Origin: Octopus sinensis
Taxonomy: Eukaryota
NCBI RefSeq assembly: GCF_006345805.1
Contig: NC_043000.1
Span: forward strand, 62,806,001 to 62,870,000
Direction of reading: 5' to 3'
DNA: 64,000 bases
A model generated the notes under the pieces. That model was given only the letters and a program-made list of their open reading frames with translations, was not told where the DNA came from and did not search any database. Shown here piece by piece: positions 12,884 through 25,332 of this stretch. The stretch's first letter is position 1, and each line of letters opens with the position of its first letter. Made by a program: the position numbers and the translations under genes.

Positions 12884-13062
12884 CTCACACCAAGGAATGC
12901 TGGTCTTTCACCTGGAGCTGTACATTCTGATTCCCGTTTCAGACTCATGATGTGTGCCAAAGCTGACACAGTAGCTGCCACATACCAAGGCAGTCCAAGT
13001 ACTGAACAAATAGCTATACAAATTGCTACAATAAATAAATCCAAATGATACCCGTTTCCTTT
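12884..13062 (-). CDS. SLC4: SLC4 NCBT exon, TM9-10 (KGNGYHLDL...[36 protein letters not shown])
   Basis: ctcttttcag|AAA and GTGAG|gtaaaa; 179 nt; [17 protein letters not shown] and APGE.P.FLGV motifs. Confidence 0.98.
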
Positions 13063-13162
13063 CTGAAAAGAGAGAAAAGGTAAGTAAGTGCTACTTTCTT
13101 TATAATCAGATAAAACTTCAGAATTCGAAGGATATATGCATACATACATACATACATGTATG

Positions 13163-13195
<33 letters not shown>

Positions 13196-13236
13196 TTATT
13201 TATCAGCAGATTTAAAATATTTATAGACTAATTTAA

Positions 13237-13457
13237 CCCTTTTGTTACTGTATTTATTTTGAGATGCTCTGCGTATCTTTCAGTTAATTTTAAATATAAC
13301 AAAGAATTTAGTAAAATAACTTAGTCATCATTAAGCTAGTGTCAGAACATTAATTGTGATTACGGTTTGGTGGAAGATTTTAGTTCAAACCTAATGAAAA
13401 CAAGACAGTTGTACTACAGAGCCAGAGCCGGTTTCAGCAGGGTTGGTAACAAAAGGG
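13237..13457. mobile_element. piggyBac-type MITE
   Basis: TTAA|CCCTTTTGTTAC ... GTAACAAAAGGG|TTAA: TIRs plus TTAA duplication. Confidence 0.85.
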
Positions 13458-13965
13458 TTAATGAATAAATTCTGATATTCTGATTGGTTAGGTTATTTTC
13501 GTTTTACCTTTGTTTTTCCATATAAATATGGACTACATGAACACATACGATTGAAGTGTTATTTACAGTTTGATACTGTTCCTATAACTATAAGTTGTTT
13601 AGATTACAAGCAAGGAATTTTTCATTCTATTTGGTATTAATCAAAAGTACAAAGTGGATAGTTTGTTGACAGGGAATTGTTTACAAATAACACCATTTGT
13701 TGCTCATCACTTTTATCATGTGAAATGCAGAATTAAAGCAATACTATTTGCAGCTGCTGGTTGATTTTTACCTACTGATAATATATTTCAATTTTTTAAG
13801 ACTATACATCTATAAGAGACGCTTTCTTGAGACAAATAGCACATTTCATAAGGCTTTTGATGATTATCTGCCTTAAGTATGATACACAGACACATGTTTT
13901 GAACTAATATTGTTTCTACTACTTATAACATACATACATACAAATACACATGTATGCATTATGTA

Positions 13966-14045
<80 letters not shown>

Positions 14046-14327
14046 ATGTATGTATGTATGTATGCATGCATGCATGCATAATGTATAAAACATATTATTT
14101 TGAAAATGGGAATATGATTTTTGTATAAAATAATGATTAAATTTTATTAAAATACACTTTATCATGCAGAACCCTTTAAATTTTTTCTTTTAGAGAACCC
14201 TGAAATTTCTTGAAAGCCGTTTTGAGACGCATCGTCTTTTTTTATCATAACTAGATTTCTACCATTAAAACACTCAAAACATTTATCCAAACTAAATATT
14301 TTTTCTAAAATTTCTGTCATTTCTTAC

Positions 14328-14492
14328 CCTTAATTTATTCTCCTTCCTGTTCACAATCACAGCTGTAATCTGTTGGTCCATGAAAATAAGGATGACTGCC
14401 AACAAGGCTGGTATACAACATGCTAAAATCATCCACCAAGGATTTTTATCACTAATAGGGTTGATGAACCAGTCACGGTCAGATCGTGTTGG
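14328..14492 (-). CDS. SLC4: SLC4 NCBT exon, TM8 ([12 protein letters not shown]...[22 protein letters not shown])
   Basis: ttattcaacag|CCA and AGG|gtaaga; 165 nt. [16 protein letters not shown] has Asp at the AE1-E681 position, the signature of the Na+-dependent group. Confidence 0.98.
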
Positions 14493-16182
14493 CTGTTGAA
14501 TAAAGAGAAATACATACAATATAATAATAATAATAATAGACAAGAGCCACAATTCAAGAATACATGCAAAATCAATTTAGTTTTTTTTTTTAAGGGAATA
14601 TTTTACAAACTTTATTTTTTTACTTTATTCATTTCAAACTATCCTTTTGACAGGGTAGCACCATCAAAGATTTTTTTTTAGTGTAGTATATCAATTTTAG
14701 TACTCTGCCTACTACTTTTTTTTCCTTCTCGCATTTTCTATTTAATGAATGGCTACCTCAAATGTAGAAGTTATGTGCCAAAATTATTTCACAACGGTTT
14801 CAAATACAGATGTATATTTGTGATGCAAATGTTTAAATCCCATTGTTGCAACTCAGTTATTCAACAAATTTTTATTTCAGCTTTATTAAAATCAATCACT
14901 GTAAAATTTGTATTTGATATTGATCTGGTAGTGGATCACATGGTCCCACATTGTAAAATATACTACATCTTTCTAATGGAAGGGGAAAAGTGATCAATGT
15001 CAAGCAATATTGGTATTCTTTTACAGGTGCAGTCACTGAACTATGAACATGTTAGGGCACTGCTCTCATGGGTTTTAGTCAATTACATCAAATTGTAACT
15101 AAATGCAAGAAACTGATTTTGTTTGGAGCACCAATTTTACTTTTTAAGTGAGCTTTTTCATAGTTTCTCTTTAATAAATTTCACTAACAAAGCTAAATAA
15201 TAGTTTTATAACTAGGGCTGTGGAGTTGAAACAAAAACTTTGCTTGCACTTTGAGTGGACCTATATGTTATAACTGGTTTATATTAAAGAATAAAGATAT
15301 TGTGAGTCAGAGTTGATACAGTTTTACTGACTCTAACTACTCCTTAATAGTTTCTAACTCCAACTCCACAGCCCTGTTTATAACATCATGCAGCTACTAA
15401 ATATATCTTATATTCAATCTTTAACAAAAGAGTGGTAAATTGATAGAATCATTATAGCATTGTACAAGATACCTTTGTTGTCTAGTAAATGCTCTTTACA
15501 TTCTGAGTTAAGATCTCTTTAAGCTTACTTTTGTCTTTCATCTTTCTGGGCTTGACTAAATAAAATACTACTAAAATCCTATATTGATTTTTAAGAAATA
15601 TTAACTCCTCGTCCTCCTCCCAATCTAGTGCATTGAGCTGATGTCAGAAATCAATTTTTACCATCACTTAATTTAAAACACTAAACAAATCAACAGGGCC
15701 ACTGGTTGATTTGGTATCAGAACTAACCTGTTGCTAAATGACAACAACCAAATGCTGCATGATGAAACTGTGTGAAACATGATTCCAAGACATATATGCA
15801 ATGGATCTGTTTGAACAGGGTAGCCTGGGTCTATGATGAAAACAATAGTAATTTGGATAATGTTTTGATGTAGTTTGTTTCTTGGCCAATAAAATCATTT
15901 TCATTGAGAATGTATATTCAATTGATTTGTTGCTAGCCATCGCTGTTTTGTTTGTGTTTAAGCTTATTGAGAATCTACATACACATATGAATAACATAAA
16001 TTAGAAGAATAAAATGTGGAAAAAAAGAGAGAGAGGGCTGGGGTGGTGCATTTATATGAATGTGTATTTAAGTATGTGCGTATATGTCTGAGTTGGGGCT
16101 TAACCCTTCTCATACCAACCCATCTGAGAAATGGCATTGTTTCTATGATACAAATTTCTTGTTTTATATTTTACTAAACTCT

Positions 16183-16930
16183 TCATCATCATCATCATCA
16201 CTGTCATTTAACATCTGCCTTCCATGCTGACATAGGTTGGACTCTTTGACTGAGAACTGGCAAACCGTAAGGCTGCACCAGACTACAATCTGATCTGGCA
16301 AGGTTTCTACATCTAGATGCCCTTCCTGATGTCAACCACTCTGAGAGTGTAGCGGGTGCTTTTAAATGCCACCGGCACTGGAGCCAGTCAACAGCACTGG
16401 CATTGGCATTTTACATGCCACCGGTATGGGTACCAGTCAGGTGGCACTGGCATCAGCCATGCTCAAATGGTGCATTTTACATGCCATGAGCATGGATGCC
16501 AGTTAAGTGGTACTGGTATCAACCACACTAAAACAGTGCATTTTACGTGCCACTGGCATGGGTGTCAGTCAGGTGGCACTGGCATCACCCATGCTCAAAT
16601 GGTGCTTTTTATGTGTCACTGGCACAGGTGCTAATCAAGCGGCACTGGCATAGGTCACACTTGAATGGTGCATTTTATATGTCACTGACACAGGTGCCAG
16701 TGAGGCAGTGCTGGCATCAGTCACACTTGAATGGTGCTTTTTATGTGCCATTGGTATGGGTGCCAGTCAGGTGGCATTGGCATCAGCCATGCTCAAATGG
16801 TGCTTTTTACATGTCACTGGCCGCTGCCAGTCAGGTGGCACCGGCATTGGCCAGAACTATGATTTCACTTGGTTCAACAGGTTTTCACAAGCACGGCATA
16901 TCACCTGACAATTGAAGGGTGCTTTTAAAT
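16183..16930 (-). repeat. Family C copy carrying an expanded array of 66-bp units
   Basis: Motif TGC(A/T)TTTTA recurs at 16471, 16537, 16603, 16669, 16735 and 16801 (exact 66-bp period), with an offset unit near 16405; (CAT)n tail at 16183-16200. Confidence 0.85.
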
Positions 16931-17082
16931 GGGCTAGTTATGCAACAGAGAGAGTGAAAAGAAGAGAAAGAGAGAGAGAGATGAAGAGAGAGAGTGGAAA
17001 ATAGGGAATGTATGTGTATGCATGTAATGAAATAATCACACTGCCTTTATTATCTGGTAATAACAACAATTCAAACACTTAC

Positions 17083-17196
17083 CTTAAACTTTTTAGGTAC
17101 CTCAAGCTTCGGAGTAGGGATACCAAGAAGCATGTCAATACCAACCATTATTATAATTGAAATTAGAACTGAAAAGTCACTGAGATTGTGACGAAC
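17083..17196 (-). CDS. SLC4: SLC4 NCBT exon, TM7 (VRHNLSDFSVLISIIIMVGIDMLLGIPTPKLEVPKKFK)
   Basis: ccatttccag|GTT and AAG|gtaagt; 114 nt; VR...SDF...TPKL.VP motif. Confidence 0.96.
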
Positions 17197-17814
17197 CTGG
17201 AAATGGAAAGATTTGAAATTGAAAGATTTGAAATTCATGGAAATATTTCAGAAAGTGAGATAGGGGGAAAATATTCACTTTCTCTTTAGAATAAAGCGAT
17301 AATATAAAGTGGAGTTTATGACTTTTAATATATTTTGTATTTCAATCTGTTACACTACATCCTCACCATCTCACTGCTCTCTCTCTTTCTCTCCCAAACT
17401 GAAAACAGTCTGAAAAATTAGAAAACTCTTAGAAATGATATAATGAAGTTATAGAACCATACTGTAAATAAAATATATGTGTGTGTGTGTGTACATACAT
17501 TCACATGTTATACTTTTACTCTATAACTTTATTCTTTCTCTGGACATTAACCTAATAATAATGGTTTCAAATTTTGGCACAAGGTCAGCAATTTCAGGAA
17601 GGGGTAAATCAATTACATTGATCCTGAAAGGATGACAGGCAAAGCTGACCCCGACAGAATTTGAACTCAAAATGTAAAGCTAGATGAAATACTGCTAAGC
17701 ATTTTGCCTAGCATGCTAATGATTCTGCCAGCTCACCACCCACATCAACCTAATTAATCAGCCTTTTTTGTTTGTTTCTTTTTCTTTGTTATTGATTTAC
17801 TCTGCATATTAATA

Positions 17815-18530
17815 AATGTATGTATATCAAAACCATTGAATGCAAACGAAGCCACAGGTATTACATCAGAGTTTCCCTTCTTCCAGAGAGATGTCTAAAC
17901 AAAGACCAGGGATCTCTCACTTCCAGCTGGTGACTCTGAGTTCATCCACTCTTAAACAGGTTTGGTTCCTGCCCTGCAGGGGTATACATGGGTACCAAAC
18001 AATGCATAAAGTGTTAAACATAAAACAGCTTGCTAGCATAACAAAACGGTTCAAACAAAAGTGTATCAAGCATGAACATCTTCAGAGAGATGTTCTTAAA
18101 GGTCTTGATGGAAATTTGTCTGAGTGAGTTGGCATACAGCCCAACTTAACATGTAGAAAGTGTGAGTCTGTCTGGCTAAATAAGGTAGGCTTTAGTCATC
18201 AGGAGTCACACACACACAAGGATGTTGTTAACAGTGAATTACATTGCTGTGACCTCCTTTTGTTTGTATTTGATATTTTTTATTCATTTGCTTTGCATAT
18301 GGATAAATGTATGTATGTCAACATTGTTGGATGCAAACGAAGCCACAGGTATTACATCAGAGTTTCCCTTCTTCCAGAGAGAGGTCTAAACAAAGACTAG
18401 GAGTCTCTCACTTCCAGCTGTTGACTCTACTGAGTTCATCTGCTCTTAAACAGGTTTTGTTTCCTACCCTGTCACCAGGAGTCACACACACAAGAAAGTT
18501 GTTAAACAATGAATTATATTGCTGCTCTAT
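17815..18530. repeat. Diverged direct duplication
   Basis: ATGCAAACGAAGCCACAGGTATTACATCAGAGTTTCCCTTCTTCCAGAGAGA occurs at about 17840 and 18330; CAGGAGTCACACACAC occurs at about 18200 and 18476. Confidence 0.85.
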
Positions 18531-20355
18531 TTCCCGAGAGTGTGGAAATGAATTATGTCAGGAGGCAAACTAAATATCGTATGAAGGTTTACCAAAACAA
18601 CATTGAAACATCTATTACAAGAGGAGCTCATCATTGTCACATAGGTGTACAAGAGATTGTAAGTCTTTAGTAGGAGTGAAAAGCCACATCCATGCTGGTC
18701 ATGTTTAAGAGGAAGTCAAGCAATAGCATTACTCAGAATCAAGTTGCAGCCACATTTGTTTGGTGGTGGTGGTGGTGGTGGTGGTGGTGGTGTGTGTGTG
18801 TGCATGCATGAAGAATGGTTAGAGTTAACAAAATTATGTAGTGGAATTAAAAATAAAAGTTTCTCTGGCAGTATTTGAATTGATGACATAGGAGGAAACC
18901 AAATAATTCTTAGAGATTTATTTTTATAACCAACTCATAAGACACCACTGTGTGGGAAAATGAATTTATAATTTTAGTAAATGGCTAAAAAATTGTGAAA
19001 GAGGACCATCATCAATAAAATCAACAGCAATTTATGATGAATTAAAGTACATATCATGTACTTAATATTTGTCAAGAGCATCCTTGATGTAAATAGATTT
19101 CAACATCATCCTTTCAATGTCAACTTTTCCATGCCTGTATGAACTGGATGGAAACTATTGAGGCAAGTGTCTATGGTCAGATGCCTCTCCTGTTGCCAAC
19201 TATCACCTGTTTCCAAATAAGGTAATATTTTCCCATGACCAGACATGTTTTTATAGAATTTTGGAAATGAATAATACTGTTTGTATGACAGAAACACCCA
19301 TTTACAGCTAGCGTGCAATGTCAAGGCAGGGAGACACAAATGCACATACATATATGTGTGTGTGTGTAGGTACACACACACACACACACGTATATAGCAT
19401 GGTCTTCTTTCAGTTTTTGTCCACCACATCTACTCACAAGGCTTTGGTTGGCCTGGTGCTATAGCAGAAGACATTTTGCCCAAGGTGCCATGCAGTGGGA
19501 CTGAACTCAAAACCATGTAGTTGAGAGCAAAACTTCTTACTATACAGCCGTGCCTCAGCCTAACCCATGCTGGCATGGAAAACGGACGCTAAACGATGAT
19601 GATGATATAACAGAAAATAAATCAATTAATAATTTATAATTGATGAAATGATAATATTTGTTGAGTAGTCTCCCCTCCATTAGACACCATTTAAAGCATT
19701 CACTATTATTATATTCGCCACTCCTATAGTAAATTAACAGCTGCCTAAATGAAGCATTAATTTCTATCCTGGTATAAAAACTACTTAACCCGGACTTGAT
19801 GACACATTTGATACACACCCAATGAAGAAGAAAGCAATTCATATGATCAATAAATTCGTCCAATGTACTGTAGTAGCGCTAACGAGGTCAGGCATTCGAC
19901 CTGCTAGAAATAGTAGCTAAATTTCTCACATGGCTGTTTAAGAAAAGAAGGACACCTTAAATAATATAGTCCTAGATACTGTCTGGATGATCATGGCTTG
20001 AACACATTTGATCAAGGCTGAATTTGGGTTAAATAACAACAGCAACGGCTATAATGGATGCTTCTCTCCAGAACTTGCTAACTACACTGCACCAGTTGTT
20101 TTAAAAGACTAGATTCAGATTAAATATTGCTATCAAATTTTGTCAACAAATCTGTTGCTTATTTTATCAACCCAAGATGGGTGAAACAAAAAACAAAACC
20201 ACTTGTGAAATTTCAAGTCAAACGATTATAGTATGAAATTAAATATTGTCCAGTATCTAATTCTTTAACTTCCAAGTCAGCCCTGATCAAATAAAACTAT
20301 GATCAATAGCATTCCAACAGTGAGTATCTTATCATTATATGTTTGTCTATATATA

Positions 20356-20830
20356 TTAGGTTGTCAGGAAAATTCTGAGCATTTTTCAATATGCAAAATG
20401 GGATATAAATAATTAACCTTTCAATAAATTTTATTCAATAAGATAATTTCCATTATTATTAATGACCTTTGCCCATCTATCAAGCAATTTAAATATTCCA
20501 TCAGCATAAAATTTGACTGGTTTTGAAGGAAAAAAAGTTATTTAGATGCACTTTGACTCCATCTAAATCGTTCAATGTTTTTCCTTGCAATGAGTTCTGT
20601 AGGGACAAAAACAAGTGGTAGACATATGTGGTCGGGCATTGTCTTGTTGGAACACTACCCCTTTCTTGACGGCAGAATTAATGGTCTGGTTTTGTGGGAG
20701 AAGTTCATAATAAATAATGCCCTTATGATCCCACCAAACACAAAACATAGCTTTTTGGCATGGATATTCATCTTTGGTTGCTATTTTGGAGGATCCTTAT
20801 GCAAACTCCAGGGTCTTTTCCACAATATGT
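20356..20830 (-). mobile_element. Mariner 3' fragment with one terminus
   Basis: TA|TTAGGTTGTC terminus; translated pieces WWDHKGIIYYELLPQNQTINS, VVFQQDNARPH and FYADGIFKLLDRWAKVINNNGNY. Confidence 0.8.
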
Positions 20831-21420
20831 TTTTGTACACAATCCATTTTTTCATCTCCAGTCATAAATATGAATCAATCAGTTGTACAGAACCACTGCA
20901 TCAAAGGACTCTAATATTCTTACATAATAGAATCATGTATCAGTATCTTGTGTCTTGGAAAATATTAACTAAAGATGTGCATTCTTCATTGTGTCTTTCT
21001 ACACACACACACACATACATACTCACACACAGGTCATCTAAGAATTCATACCTCAAACAAAATATGCACTCGTATATATGTCAATAGAATGGATATACTA
21101 ATCAAAGTATATGCTGTACTATAGATCCATTACAATTGATTTTTCCAATCAGTTTTACACCAGATATTAGATAACAGGATATTGGCTACCAGGGTGGTTA
21201 TCTAATATGCATGCTTTTTGGGAATGGCTGGTATGAAAAAAATTGTGCATATTTTCATACATGCCATCCCTGAATAATACATGTATCAGATAGCCATCTT
21301 ATTTTATAATAACTGGTGCAAAACCAACTTGTAAGATCAGCTGTAATAGATCTATAACAATGTACTGTCATTACACTTTGATTTATATATATATATATAT
21401 ATATCTGTAATATAATATTA

Positions 21421-21626
21421 GACAATTATTCGGTTGCCATAATAGAACTCTGAGTTTCAGATGTTGGAGTGGAAGTCTGCTCCGGCATCTCGTCAGTTAT
21501 TAAGACAAATAAAAATGCTATGTTAATGACCGTTAAACAAAGGAAAATTACTGACGAGATGCTGGAGTAGATTTCTGCCCCAACATCCAAAACTTGGAGT
21601 TCTGTTATGGCAACCGATTAATTGTC
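21421..21626. repeat. Palindromic MITE-like element with about 80-bp inverted arms
   Basis: GACAATTATTCGGTTGCCATAA...GCATCTCGTCAGT matches the reverse complement of ACTGACGAGATGC...TTATGGCAACCGATTAATTGTC. Confidence 0.85.
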
Positions 21627-21706
21627 ACATATTATATTACAGATAAATTCCTCTATTTACATAATATCGAGGTCTCATTCATTCTTTTGTTGTCATACTA
21701 TTACTA

Positions 21707-21743
<37 letters not shown>

Positions 21744-23661
21744 CATCATCATTGTTTAACGTCCGTTTTCCATGCTAGCATGGGTTGGACGGTTCAACTG
21801 GGGTCTGGGAAGCCAGTAGGCTGCACCAGGCCCATTCTGATCTGGCAGTGTTTCTACAGCTGGATGCCCTTCCTAACACCAACCACTCCGTGAGTGTAGT
21901 GGGTGCTTTTTACATGCCACCTGCAAAGGTGCCAGATGAGGCTGGCAAACGGCCACGATCGGATGGTGCTTCTTATGTGCCACCAGCACAGGGGCCAGAC
22001 GAGGCTGCCAACGGCCACAATCGGATGGTGCTTTTTATGTGCCACCGGCACGTAGGCCAGACGGGGCGGCGCTGGCAACGGCCACATTCAGATGGTTCTC
22101 TTACGTGCCACCAGCACTGGTATCACTGCTACAATTTCAGAGACTATATTCTCTAGTGTATGTCTTTTAGAATGTAGTGTGAAATTTGAGAGATTTGGCT
22201 GCCATTTTTAGCATTGAACTCATCAGGCTTTCAGTCTGATGATCAGCTGTATCTGTTGCTCCACCATCTGAGATGAGAAGAGAGGAAAATATTGATTAAT
22301 TGATTGTCTGCATATAGAGCTGGTTGGTACCATAAACTCTATAGCTGATGAATTACAGCTAACAATTTCTTAATTGATATGACAAATATTAGCAGCTAGA
22401 TTCATCAATACTATAAAAACATGCCATGTTTAGAGAGTGTTCTTAATTAAATCCATTAATGATTGGTGTAAACAACACCAGCCAAAATCTTTGTAAATAC
22501 GTTCTGAGAGAAGATGAAATAATTCTGAGACCTTTAAGCTTACTAATTTCATTGCAGATATCTCATTAAAATCACACACACATACAAATCCAATAGACTT
22601 CTGCACAGATAACAAACACTAAATTTCACTCACAAAACTTTGACTTGAGGCTATGGTAAAAGACATTTGTGCAAAGTACTGGCTAGCAGTTTGAGCCAAG
22701 AAGAATATGGTTTGAAGCAATCTTGTTAGTCACATAGTCATGATATATACAATTGATGTATCAAAAGTTCAAAGTTTCACTTTAAGATCATCATCATCAT
22801 CATCATCATTTAACGTCTGTTGTCCATGCTGGCGTGCATTGGATGGTTTGACCAGGGCTGGTAAGCTGGAAGGCTGCATCAGACTCGTCTGATTCCTCAT
22901 GGTTTTCTATGGCTGGATGCCCTTCTTAACACCAACCCCTCTGAGAGTGTAATGGGGAACTTTTACATGCCACTGGCACGGGTGCCATTTGCATGACACC
23001 AGTATCTGCCATGACTGTGATTTTGCTTGGCTTGATGGGTCTGCTCAAGCATGACATAATGCTAAAGGTCTTGGTCATTGCCTCCATGAAGCCCAACACT
23101 CAAAAGGAACAACCACTTTGCCTCTGTGAGGCCCAACACTCAAAAAGTGCTCTTTATGTGCCACTATCATGGGTGCCAGTTATGTGACACCAGCATCGAC
23201 CATGACAACGATATCACTTGACTTGATGGGTCTTCTCAAGCACAGCATATCGCCAAAGGTCTTGGTCACTAGTCATTGCCTCTGTGAAGCCCCAAAGTTT
23301 GAAGATCATGCTTTACTCCTTCATCCCATGTCTTCCTGGGTTTACCTCTACCACAGGTTCCCTCCTTTTTACACAGCTGTAATCACCTGACCAAGCAAGA
23401 TATCAAATAAATTACACCACCACTACCACCACCATCATCATCATTTTAATATTCACTTTTCCATGCTTGCATGGCCTGGACAGTGTCTACTGAGGACAAA
23501 TTTTCTATGTCCTTTCTTTTACCAACCCTTATCAATTTCCAAGTAAGGTTAATATTTCCCCATAACCTGACATACTTTCACAGAACATTGAAAATGAAGC
23601 CATTTATTTGCAACAGTAAGGCAATGTTAAAACAAGGAGACACAAACACAAAATACACACA

Positions 23662-23704
<43 letters not shown>

Positions 23705-24022
23705 CAGGTTTTTTCCCATTTCCATCCAGCAAGGTCACTCACAAGGCTCTGGTCAGCCTGGTGCTATTAGTAGAAAACACTTGCCCCAAAAGCAACATGC
23801 TGCACAGTAGGTTGGAAACTGAAGGAAGCTACTTTGAATGAACTGTTATCTGCCAGTCATAATTTAGTTGGTAACTTTGGATTTTTTAAAAATACTTTTA
23901 TTTTTGGATGGAAAATTGTATTTTCTTTACTCTTTATGCAAACTGTCAAATTTAGCCCAAACACCTTGTACCATATTTTGCATATCAAATAAAATGTAGT
24001 CAAATAACATTTACATACATAC

Positions 24023-24557
24023 CCAAGTTGGAAAAAAACGACTGGTCTTAAAACTCTGTAAGGTATTTGCAATGGTAAATGTCCCAATGAACAGCAGAAT
24101 TGATAAGAGAAAGACATCAGGCATGAAGACACAGTCACCAGTGATTATACCACCAATGCTGGAACAATTGAGTTTAGTAAACTCATTATCAATTGGTATT
24201 GTGTCTGTTATATTATCAAAGGGCAGTGAGAAATTGCTTTCAATATTGTTTGTAATATTGCTTGCAGTATTGTTTGCTGTACTGTTTGCAGTATCGTTTG
24301 GAAGCAACAAGCACATACATTCAACGCCGGTGTCCGGCACATTTGTATGGAGTTTGTAGTCATCATTTATGCCAATTATCTTCTTAAAGGCTTCAGCAAT
24401 GAAGATGATGGCAATCAAGCAAGCAAAGCTTTCTTCAGTAAAACGAGTTATGTATCTAACTAAAGCACTCAGATCAAAAGCCACCACCAGTAGTAAGATT
24501 AGAGTTGTCCACAATCCAATCCAACATCTTAATGGTAGGAAATCCAGATCTCTTTCT
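24023..24557 (-). CDS. SLC4: SLC4 NCBT exon, TM4-6 plus extracellular loop 3 (ERDLDFLPLRCWIGLWTT...RYITRFTEESFA...FKTSRFFPTW)
   Basis: ctacttgcag|A and TGG|gtatgt; 535 nt; ITRFTEE motif, four-Cys glycosylated loop, FK.SRFFPT motif. Confidence 0.97.
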
Positions 24558-24834
24558 CTGCAAGTAGAATATAAAAATATATGCTGTATTAGATTCTCGA
24601 AGTATTTTATTTTATTTATTTATTTTTGTAAAACAGGCATTTCTGTACAATTTGCAATAAAACCTTCTACGCATGAATTTTTCTTGTAAGATACTGAAAT
24701 AAATAAAATAGCAACAGCTAATTGTTAATTACTTCAAATGTACAAAGATTCCATAAAATGTATTATATAATAAAGCGATCCAAGAGGCTCTATAGTTGAT
24801 GACATTTGAAACACAAAATATTAAATTTAATTGC

Positions 24835-25245
24835 ACCAGTAAGAAACTTGCTTCCCTACCACATGGTTCCAGATTCAGTCCCACTGCCTGGCACTTTGGG
24901 CAAGTGTCTTCTACTAGAGCCTCAGACCGGTCAAGGCCTTGTGACTGGATTTGGTAAACAGAAACTGAAAGAAGCCTGTTGTATGTGTGTGTGTGTGTCT
25001 GTGTCTCTGTGTGTGTAAGTATACATATATATCTGTGTGTGTTTTTGCGTCTATGTCCCCCCAACTTGACAACTGGTGTTGGTGTGTTTACGTCTCTGTA
25101 ACTTAGCAGTATGGCAAAAGAGACTGATAGAATAAGTACTAGGCTTGAAAAAAATAAGCCCTGGGGTCAATTTCTTTGACTAAAACCCTTCAAGGCAGAG
25201 CTCCAGCATGGCTGCAGTCAAATGACTGAAACAAGTAAAAGAATA
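24835..25245 (+). mobile_element. SINE family A, plus orientation
   Basis: CCACATGGTTCCAGATTCAGTCCCACTG..CACTTTGGGCAAGTGTCTTCTACTA...GCATGGCTGCAGTCAAATGACTGAAAC. Confidence 0.8.
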
Positions 25246-25332
25246 AAAGAATAACAGCGGCAATCCTAGCAGTACTTCTCACTACATTTATACTTGTATG
25301 AAGTCAAAATATTTTGTGGTATATGAATACCT

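Noticed and set aside
16356-16915. His/Cys/Trp-rich 22-aa repeat ORFs resembling a metal-binding protein or a CRISPR-like array
   Set aside because: They arise from the 66-bp (3n) units of the family C retroposon; there are no unique spacers, no cas genes and no splice support.
20575-21087. 170-aa plus-strand ORF
   Set aside because: Antisense of the mariner transposase remnant.
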